DNA of 32,000 bases from Elusimicrobiaceae bacterium (GTDB lineage: Bacteria > Elusimicrobiota > Elusimicrobia > Elusimicrobiales > Elusimicrobiaceae). Within the stretch, counting starts at the first letter, position 1. Each line of letters opens with the position of its first letter. The position numbers and the translations under genes were made by a program. The stretch is from contig JAZUQO010000015.1 in NCBI GenBank assembly GCA_045605725.1, positions 1 to 32,000 of the forward strand, written 5' to 3'. The notes beneath the pieces were generated by a model. It had not been told where the DNA came from and did not search any database. It worked only from the letters and a program-made list of their open reading frames with translations. Of this stretch, positions 26,289 to 32,000 are shown in pieces.

Positions 26289-27533
26289 TTATTTACCTTT
26301 GCCGTTGTATTCATACTCCGCTTTAGCAATAATGCGGGCATTATCTTTGGAAATTTCCGGTGCGTGATAAGTTTTTTGTATTTGGTCAATCAGCGGTAAA
26401 AGGGAACCTTTATCACCGTCAATATGTCCGCGGGCAACTTTAATTGTTTCAAGACAATTTTTTGCGCTTTCTTCAACTTTGGCAAAACTTGTCAAAAAAT
26501 AAGTAAATTCATTATTCATCTTTTTAATTAGGTCAATAGTATCTTGCATTTGGGCGTATTGGTTTTCAATATTCCAAAGTTTTTTAACAATTTCAATTGT
26601 GTTAATTAAAGTATCGTGGCAGACAAGTAAAATATTATTTTTCCACGCAAAATTAAATAAAGTATTATCCGCTTTTAAAGCGCACTCAAGCGCACTTTGC
26701 GGGTTAACAAACATCAGCGTAAAATCCGGACGGAAAGTTTCCCCGTTTGGATCCTTAATATCTTTTGGGTATTCTTTGCCGGCAAGATCTTTAATCGTAT
26801 CTTTTATATCATCAATGTGGGCTTTTAAAAATTTCTTTTTTTGTTCTTCATCCTGGCAGGAAGAATAATTCATATAATGCTCAAAAGTTGTTTTTGAATC
26901 AATAATCAAATAATTATTGTTCGGCAGTTTTAACAGAATATCAAATCTGTGTGAACCGTGAACTGATTGTTCAAAAAAATCTACTCCGCTTTTAAGCCCG
27001 GCATTTTCAAGAATATTAAAAAGCGTTGCCTCGCCCCAGGCCCCTTTTGCCGTGGGATCACCCTTGATGGCTTTTGTTAAATCAAGTGCTTGTTGCTGAA
27101 GGGTATTATTTAGATTTAAAACATCACCGATTTCCTTTTTTAATTCCACTTGGCCCATTTTATTTGCTTCTTCAAGTTTTTCAAGTTTCTCTCTAAAATT
27201 TTTAACATCTTGCTGTAAAGGGGAAAAACTTGTTTTTGCCTGCTCGTTAAAAGTGGCAACTTTTTTATCCAAAATTTCTTGGGCGATAGTTTTAAAAGCG
27301 GCTTCTCTTTCTTTATTAAAAGTTTCTATCATTTCTCTTTGTTTTTGTTCACCGGCATATTTGGCGGTTAAATCTTTATTTTCCTGTTCTTTTAAGGCGA
27401 TAAGGTTATCTTTCTTTTCAAGTTCTTCTTTTAAATGCGTTGTTTCGGCAGTTTTGCCAAAAATAAATTTGCCCAAAAATATACCTAGGGCAAGGGCAAT
27501 AAAAACAAAAATTATTTCCATAAAAATCTCCAA
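26289..27533 (-). CDS. rmuC: DNA recombination protein RmuC
   Basis: 414 aa with an N-terminal TM helix, a long coiled coil, then the GAWGEATLFNILENAGL and FDILLKLPNNNYLIIDSK motifs of the RmuC nuclease-like domain. Confidence 0.88.
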   Translation of the reverse strand: MEIFMEIIFVFIALALGIFLGKFIFGKTAETTHLKEELEKKDNLIALKEQENKDLTAKYAGEQKQREMIETFNKEREAAFKTIAQEILDKKVATFNEQAKTSFSPLQQDVKNFREKLEKLEEANKMGQVELKKEIGDVLNLNNTLQQQALDLTKAIKGDPTAKGAWGEATLFNILENAGLKSGVDFFEQSVHGSHRFDILLKLPNNNYLIIDSKTTFEHYMNYSSCQDEEQKKKFLKAHIDDIKDTIKDLAGKEYPKDIKDPNGETFRPDFTLMFVNPQSALECALKADNTLFNFAWKNNILLVCHDTLINTIEIVKKLWNIENQYAQMQDTIDLIKKMNNEFTYFLTSFAKVEESAKNCLETIKVARGHIDGDKGSLLPLIDQIQKTYHAPEISKDNARIIAKAEYEYNGKGK

Positions 27534-27548
27534 AACTTATAATAAATA

Positions 27549-27557
27549 ATGGTATAA
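27549..27557 (+). promoter_or_regulatory. Extended -10 box TGGTATAAT upstream of the Lys-rich protein gene
   Basis: Exact TGnTATAAT about 50 nt before ATG 27608. AGGAGA SD at 27595..27600. Confidence 0.45.
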
Positions 27558-27607
27558 TTTTATTTGTAAAATGTAAAACTACATTTATATTTCAAGGAGA
27601 AAATGAA

Positions 27608-28123
27608 ATGAAAAAAATATTTGTATTAACCGCAACTTTAGTTGCCTTTGGCGGTCTTTCTTTTGCCGCTGATACTTGCTCTTGCGAAGCGGAAGATCTT
27701 GTCTGTAAAAACGAATGTGCAAAAGCAGCCGTTCAATCTGTAAAGAATCAATACCAAGCAGATAAAAACGCTGCCAAACAAAATGTAAAAGAAGCAAAAG
27801 AAAACTGGAACGCTAAAGTGGCAAATGCCCAAAAAGAAAATGCCGCAAAAAATGAGCAGGCTAAAAAAGAATGGAAAAATAAAAAAGACCAAGCCAAAAA
27901 AGAATTGAAAAATAAAAAAGAAGAAGCAAAAAAAGTTTGGAAAGATAAAAAAGATCAGGCCAAGAAAAATCTGAAAGATAGCCAAAAGAAGGCCAAAAAT
28001 GCCGAAAAGCAAGCCAAGAAAGATGCTAAAGATGCTAAAAAACAATTAAACAAAATTGTTGACAGCACCAAAAAGGCCGTTAAAAGTGAAGCCGATTCTT
28101 GGCAAAACATTGCTACCAAATAA
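27608..28123 (+). CDS. Secreted lysine/alanine-rich protein built of 11-residue repeats, with a 4-Cys N-terminal module
   Basis: Signal peptide MKKIFVLTATLVAFGGLSFA|AD and the module CSC..C...C. Ala occurs at residues 63, 74, 85, 96, 107, 118, 129 and 140, an exact period of 11. The gene has its own SD, promoter-like box and terminator. Confidence 0.7.
   Translation: MKKIFVLTATLVAFGGLSFAADTCSCEAEDLVCKNECAKAAVQSVKNQYQADKNAAKQNVKEAKENWNAKVANAQKENAAKNEQAKKEWKNKKDQAKKELKNKKEEAKKVWKDKKDQAKKNLKDSQKKAKNAEKQAKKDAKDAKKQLNKIVDSTKKAVKSEADSWQNIATK
27794..28057 (+). repeat. Eight tandem 33-nt (11-codon) imperfect repeats encoding the AKKxWKxKKDQ-type units
   Basis: AKENWNAKVAN / AQKENAAKNEQ / AKKEWKNKKDQ / AKKELKNKKEE / AKKVWKDKKDQ / AKKNLKDSQKK / AKNAEKQAKKD / AKDAKKQLNKI. 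Confidence 0.8.
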
Positions 28124-28144
28124 ACTTGGTTAAGTAGCAAATCT

Positions 28145-28184
28145 AAAATACCCGTTTCTATTTAAAAAGAAACGGGTATTTTTT
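28145..28184 (+). terminator. Rho-independent terminator after the Lys-rich protein gene
   Basis: 14-bp perfect stem AAAATACCCGTTTC / GAAACGGGTATTTT plus additional T residues. Confidence 0.85.
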
Positions 28185-28207
28185 ACTTAGCCGTTTTAGC
28201 ATAAAAA

Positions 28208-28216
28208 TGGTATAAT
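28208..28216 (+). promoter_or_regulatory. S10-operon candidate promoter P1 (TGGTATAAT within TGGTATAATATAA)
   Basis: Exact extended -10, about 300 nt upstream of rpsJ. Confidence 0.45.
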
Positions 28217-28283
28217 ATAAATAGGGCATAATTTGCCTTAACAAAATTGAAGATTTTAAAGTTGTAAAAAATACCAAAATATT

Positions 28284-28292
28284 TGGTATAAT
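28284..28292 (+). promoter_or_regulatory. S10-operon candidate promoter P2 (second copy of TGGTATAATATAA)
   Basis: Exact extended -10, overlapped by the inverted repeat ATACCAAA-ATA-TTTGGTAT (28271..28289). Confidence 0.45.
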
Positions 28293-28336
28293 ATAAGAGT
28301 AGGTGTAATATATCGCCTCTAAAAGAAATCTCAATA

Positions 28337-28370
28337 CTATGGTTGTTGCAAGTTAACACAACGGCCATAG
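28337..28370 (+). promoter_or_regulatory. Stem-loop in the rpsJ 5' leader
   Basis: CTATGG-TTGTTG ... CACAAC-GG-CCATAG, a 12-bp stem interrupted by a 2-nt bulge. A second hairpin, GGCAAAA/TTTTGCC, lies at 28411..28431. Confidence 0.35.
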
Positions 28371-28510
28371 AGGTGTCTTTTAGACGCTTTGTTTTCTCCA
28401 AAAAATCTAAGGCAAAAAATGGAGTTTTGCCGTCAGAGAAAGGCAAGCAAGCGATAAATAAAAATTTTTAAAAAAGAATATTTTTTAAAAGAAATTAGGA
28501 ACAAAAAACA

Positions 28511-28858
28511 ATGGCAGAAAAAACAGAAAAGAAAACAGCAAAGTTAAGCGGACAAGAAAGAATCCGCATTAAACTTCGCTCTTATGATTACAGAATGTTG
28601 GATAACTCTGTTTCAAGAATTGTTGAAACCGCCAGAAAAACCGGTGCCTTAGTTTGCGGTCCGGTTCTTTTACCGGTCAAAATTCGCAAATACACAGTTC
28701 TTCGCTCTCCCCATACGGATAAAAAATCCAGAGAGCAATTTGAAATGCGTATCCACAAAAGGTTAATTGATCTTAAGAGTCCCACTTCCAAAACTGTAGA
28801 TGAATTGATGAAACTCGATTTACCTGCAGGTGTAGATGTGGCAATCAAGAGCAACTAA
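28511..28858 (+). CDS. rpsJ: 30S ribosomal protein S10
   Basis: [30 protein letters not shown]...[25 protein letters not shown]. It carries an N-terminal extension of about 13 aa. Confidence 0.97.
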   Translation: MAEKTEKKTAKLSGQERIRIKLRSYDYRMLDNSVSRIVETARKTGALVCGPVLLPVKIRKYTVLRSPHTDKKSREQFEMRIHKRLIDLKSPTSKTVDELMKLDLPAGVDVAIKSN

Positions 28859-28860
28859 AT

Positions 28861-28885
28861 ACCTTTTTGCCTAAAGCAAAAAGGT
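28861..28885 (+). other. Perfect 10-bp stem-loop beginning 2 nt after the rpsJ stop codon
   Basis: ACCTTTTTGC-CTAAA-GCAAAAAGGT, followed by only TT, so it is not a canonical terminator. Confidence 0.5.
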
Positions 28886-29070
28886 TTAGTTGACAATGAT
28901 TTATAGCGGTATTACTTATATATATAAGGAATATCGGGTGCAGAAAACACAAGAACTCTGCATCAGTAAAAATTAGGTGACGCAGTAGTTAGTGCCATAA
29001 GGCAACTAAAGGCAAAGGTAGCACAAAAGCCTTTCCTTCTAATTATGATGCGACCGTTAAAGGAAAATAA

Positions 29071-29847
29071 ATGACACAAGAAACAAATAACCAAACTGCT
29101 CCGGTAGAAAATACCAAAGCAGAAGTTAAAACAGCGCCGTCTACCTTAAGATTTGTTATTGGTGAAAAGTTAGGTATGACACAGTTGTTTGACGAAAAAG
29201 GCAACCTTAACGCAGTTTCTGTTGTTCACGCAGGGCCTTGCAAGGTTGTTCGTGTCAGAACCCAAGAAAAAGACGGTTATAATGCTGTTGCTGTGGGTTT
29301 TGGCGAAGTTAAGGAAAACAAACTTAATAAACCCGATTTGGGCAATTTCAAAAAATTAGGCATTGCCCCTGTCAGACATATTAAAGAATATCGCATTGCC
29401 GATGTTAATGGTTTTGAAGTCGGCCAAGTTATCAATCTCGGTGAAATTTTTAAACCTGGCGATTATGTCGATGTTCAGGGCAAGATTAAAGGTCGCGGAT
29501 TTGCCGGCGCAATGAAACGCCACGGCTTTGCAGGTCAACCTGCATCCCACGGTGCCAGCGATAGAGAAAGAGCACCCGGTGGTTTAGCCTCCAGAAGATC
29601 TTTAGGTAAAGTTTTAAGCGGTCAAAGAATGGCCGGCCACTATGGCTTTACCACAACAACAATTTCCAAAATTGAAGTTGCTAAAGTTGACACAGAAAAT
29701 AATTTAATTTTCTTAAAAGGTTCCGTGCCCGGTGCTAAAGGAACAATCGTGTCCGTATTGGAAACTTCCAAACCTAAAAAACACGTAGTAGCCGCTAAAG
29801 TTCAGAAGATTTCTGCATCTAAAGCCGCTAATACCAAGAAGAAATAG
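29071..29847 (+). CDS. rplC: 50S ribosomal protein L3 (with N- and C-terminal extensions)
   Basis: GEKLGMTQLFDEKG, the FKPGDYVDVQG.IKGRGFAGAMKRHGF core, about 25 extra N-terminal residues and a Lys-rich tail. Confidence 0.93.
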   Translation: MTQETNNQTAPVENTKAEVKTAPSTLRFVIGEKLGMTQLFDEKGNLNAVSVVHAGPCKVVRVRTQEKDGYNAVAVGFGEVKENKLNKPDLGNFKKLGIAPVRHIKEYRIADVNGFEVGQVINLGEIFKPGDYVDVQGKIKGRGFAGAMKRHGFAGQPASHGASDRERAPGGLASRRSLGKVLSGQRMAGHYGFTTTTISKIEVAKVDTENNLIFLKGSVPGAKGTIVSVLETSKPKKHVVAAKVQKISASKAANTKKK

Positions 29848-29858
29848 GAAGGCGCAAA

Positions 29859-30467
29859 ATGGAAACTAAACTTTTAAATATCCAAGGAAAAGAACAAGGT
29901 ACAGTTACATTACCGGAAGCCTTGTTCGGCGTAAAGCCCAATCCGACTTTCTTACACGAAGTCATCACAGCCTTTTTGGCTAACCAAAGATCCGGCACAG
30001 CGGATGTTAAAACCCGCTCCGAAGTCAGCGGTACAGGTAAAAAACCCTGGAAGCAAAAAGGCACAGGCCGCGCAAGACATGGTAGCATGCGCTCACCCAT
30101 CTGGCGCCACGGCGGTGTGGCTTTTGGGCCTACCCCGCACTCTTTCAGAATTGATTTGCCCGTCGCAAAAAGAAGACTTGCTTTAGCACATGCTTTAAGC
30201 AGCAAATATAACAGCGATAGCATTATAATTCTTGATAATTTTGACATCAAAGAAGCCAAAACAAAAATGGTTGCTGATGTTTTAAAAACATTAGAAGCCG
30301 GCAAAAAACCTTTGATCGTCAGTTCAAAAGATGCAAAACTTGACCAAGCAAGCCGCAATATTGCCGGTTTGAACAAAATGGTTCCAAGTGATTTAAACGC
30401 TTATGCTGTTTTGAACTCCACAAAAGTTATTATCACAAAAGAAGCACTCGATAAGATGAGCAAATAA
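29859..30467 (+). CDS. rplD: 50S ribosomal protein L4
   Basis: KPWKQKGTGRARHGSMRSPIWRHGGVAFGP. Confidence 0.97.
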   Translation: METKLLNIQGKEQGTVTLPEALFGVKPNPTFLHEVITAFLANQRSGTADVKTRSEVSGTGKKPWKQKGTGRARHGSMRSPIWRHGGVAFGPTPHSFRIDLPVAKRRLALAHALSSKYNSDSIIILDNFDIKEAKTKMVADVLKTLEAGKKPLIVSSKDAKLDQASRNIAGLNKMVPSDLNAYAVLNSTKVIITKEALDKMSK

Positions 30468-30478
30468 GGGAGATAAAA

Positions 30479-30775
30479 ATGACAAAAGTATATGAAACAA
30501 TCAGAAAACCCCTCTTAACAGAAAAAAGTTTAATCTTAAGAGACAGTGATAATTGTTATTGCTTTGTTGTGGAAAAAACAGCAAACAAGCACGAAATCCG
30601 CGAGGCTGTGGAAACAATTTTCAAAGTTAAAGTTGAAAAAATTGCCACAAGCACTTTACGCGGCAAAGTCAAAAGAATGGGACGTTTCGCCGGAAAAAGA
30701 CCTGATCTTAAAAAGGCGTTTGTCACATTGAAAAAAGGCGATAAAATAGATACGGTGGAAGCCGCATCTAAGTAG
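30479..30775 (+). CDS. rplW: 50S ribosomal protein L23
   Basis: 98 aa with [10 protein letters not shown] and [21 protein letters not shown]. Confidence 0.96.
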   Translation: MTKVYETIRKPLLTEKSLILRDSDNCYCFVVEKTANKHEIREAVETIFKVKVEKIATSTLRGKVKRMGRFAGKRPDLKKAFVTLKKGDKIDTVEAASK

Positions 30776-30789
30776 GAGAAAGTAAAACT

Positions 30790-31632
30790 ATGCCTATAAA
30801 GACATTCAGACCGTATACTCCTTCCAGGAGAACTATTACGGTAGCAGACTTTTCCGAAATCACCAAAACAACTCCTGAAAAGAAGTTGACTAAAGGTTTA
30901 AGGAAAAGCGGCGGTAGAAATAATACCGGTATGGTTATGGTTCGTCACATCGGTGGTGGCCATAAACAACTATACAGAAAAATTGATTTTAAGAGAGCAA
31001 AATTCGGCGTTCCTGCAAAGGTCGTTTCTATTGAATACGATCCGAACAGATCTGCCAGAATCTGCCTTTTAAAATATGCAGACGGGGATAAGCAATATAT
31101 GCTTCATCCTTTAGGTCTTAAAGTCGGCGATGAAGTAATGTCCGGTCCTAAAGCAGAGATTAAAACGGGTAATTGCCTTCCACTCAAAAATATACCTGAA
31201 GGTACTTTTATCCACGCTATTGAACTTAAAGTCGGTAAAGGGGCACAACTTGCCCGTTCAGCCGGCAGCCAGGCTCAAATTATGGCCCACGACGGCGGCT
31301 ATGCACATATCAAAATGCCGTCCGGCGAAATAAGACTTATACCGGAAAATTGCTGCGCCACTATCGGCCAAGTCGGTAATACAGAACATAATGCTGTTGT
31401 TATCGGTAATGCCGGCAGAAACAGACATCGCGGTATCAGACCTACCGTTCGCGGTAATGCAATGAACGCAGTCGATCACCCTATGGGCGGTGGTAGAGGT
31501 CACTCTAAAGGTGGTAACATACCTCGCTCACCTTGGAACCAAATGTCCAGAGGTTTAAAGACCAGACCGGCCAAAACCTGGGATTGGATGATCATTAAAG
31601 ATAGACGCAAATCTAAATCGGGAGCTAATTAG
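30790..31632 (+). CDS. rplB: 50S ribosomal protein L2
   Basis: 280 aa with [22 protein letters not shown] and [22 protein letters not shown]. Confidence 0.98.
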   Translation: MPIKTFRPYTPSRRTITVADFSEITKTTPEKKLTKGLRKSGGRNNTGMVMVRHIGGGHKQLYRKIDFKRAKFGVPAKVVSIEYDPNRSARICLLKYADGDKQYMLHPLGLKVGDEVMSGPKAEIKTGNCLPLKNIPEGTFIHAIELKVGKGAQLARSAGSQAQIMAHDGGYAHIKMPSGEIRLIPENCCATIGQVGNTEHNAVVIGNAGRNRHRGIRPTVRGNAMNAVDHPMGGGRGHSKGGNIPRSPWNQMSRGLKTRPAKTWDWMIIKDRRKSKSGAN

Positions 31633-31634
31633 AA

Positions 31635-31916
31635 ATGTCAAGATCAACGAAAAAAGGTCCTTATGTAGACCATAACTTGCTTGAAGCCGTTGAAGCAATG
31701 AACCCCAACGACAAAAAGCAGATTAAAACTTGGGCTAGAGCATGCACAATAGTTCCCGCATTTGTGGGACATACATTTTTAGTCCATAACGGCAGGAAGT
31801 TTTTACCTGTCTATGTGTCCGAAAGAATGATCGGTCATAAACTTGGTGAATTTGCATTTACCAGAACATTTAAAGGCCACGGCGGAATGACCAAAGAGTC
31901 TAAGGCCCTTAAATAA
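31635..31916 (+). CDS. rpsS: 30S ribosomal protein S19
   Basis: [12 protein letters not shown] and [38 protein letters not shown]. Confidence 0.98.
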   Translation: MSRSTKKGPYVDHNLLEAVEAMNPNDKKQIKTWARACTIVPAFVGHTFLVHNGRKFLPVYVSERMIGHKLGEFAFTRTFKGHGGMTKESKALK

Positions 31917-31937
31917 GAGATAAGAGGATAATTTGAT

Positions 31938-32000
31938 ATGGAAGCTTGTTCAAAAGCGAAATTTCAAAGGTATGGCAGCAGAAAAGTTGGTTTGCTCTTA
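31938..32000 (+). CDS. rplV: 50S ribosomal protein L22, 5' end (truncated by the window edge)
   Basis: ATG at 31938 preceded by AGAGGA. The translation MEACSKAKFQRYGSRKVGLLL fits the L22 N-terminus (MEA.A..R..R.SPRK.R) and the conserved S19-L22 order. Confidence 0.8.
   Translation, partial: MEACSKAKFQRYGSRKVGLLL

Noticed and set aside
27638-28140. Two minus-strand ORFs (135 aa and 61 aa) rich in Phe/Leu/Ile that look like small membrane proteins
   Set aside because: They are the reverse-complement mirror of the AAA/AAG/GCC-rich repeat gene (Lys codons read as Phe/Leu on the other strand). The plus-strand ORF has the signal peptide, SD, promoter box and terminator.
28183-28446. 87-aa minus-strand ORF upstream of rpsJ
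   Set aside because: It spans the terminator, both TGGTATAAT boxes and the leader hairpins. Its composition is low-complexity (Phe/Tyr/Asn/Lys-rich), it has no SD, and it would run antisense to the S10 promoters. I treat it as non-coding leader DNA.
29828-30376. 182-aa ORF on the minus strand, the longest unexplained ORF in the track
   Set aside because: It lies entirely antisense to rplD, whose product is unmistakable L4. The antisense translation is Ser/Leu/Lys/Pro-rich with no recognisable motif, no SD and no promoter. It is a shadow ORF of a highly expressed, codon-biased gene.
1-32000. Search for CRISPR arrays, IS elements/transposases, toxin-antitoxin pairs, restriction-modification or other defence genes
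   Set aside because: No regularly spaced direct repeats and no transposase, integrase, nuclease-methylase or small paired ORFs were seen on either strand. The only tandem repeat is the in-frame 33-nt coding repeat at 27794..28057.

Overview
AT-rich bacterial chromosomal window, diderm by gene content (TolC-like, Omp85-like and other signal-peptide beta-barrel proteins). It is dominated by housekeeping genes. In order: a flavodoxin-like NAD(P)H oxidoreductase, a POT-family peptide transporter, nagA, an ankyrin-repeat ORF, tRNA-Arg(UCU), an LMW protein-tyrosine phosphatase, and a DUF47/PhoU-like gene followed by a decayed PiT phosphate-transporter pseudogene. Then come dnaX-recR-comEC (translationally coupled), DoxX, an outer-membrane barrel, a deoxyhypusine-synthase-like gene, glyA, MTA phosphorylase and a TetR-TolC-MFP-RND efflux operon. 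The window ends with rpmG, tRNA-Trp, secE-nusG-rplK-rplA, a 5-kb opposite-strand block (orphan ORF, SIMPL, Omp85-like, rmuC), a lysine-rich 11-mer-repeat secreted protein, and the S10 operon (rpsJ-rplC-rplD-rplW-rplB-rpsS-rplV'). I found no CRISPR array, transposase, integrase, toxin-antitoxin pair or recognisable defence genes, and I cannot support a novel multi-gene system here. The best leads are smaller. (1) An A9 run in dnaX is placed like the gamma/tau recoding site, with immediate stops in both alternative frames. (2) The pit pseudogene carries an internal deletion plus a frameshift. (3) The usual rplKAJL-rpoBC-str-S10 order is broken by a terminator-bounded inverted block. (4) A 212-nt structured non-coding spacer sits inside the S10 operon between rpsJ and rplC. 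(5) The S10 leader is long, with a duplicated TGGTATAATATAA box. (6) A hairpin-rich, promoter-like region lies upstream of rpmG. (7) One secreted protein has a strict 11-residue periodicity. All functional calls rest on my recognition of conserved motifs in the supplied translations; no database search was run.
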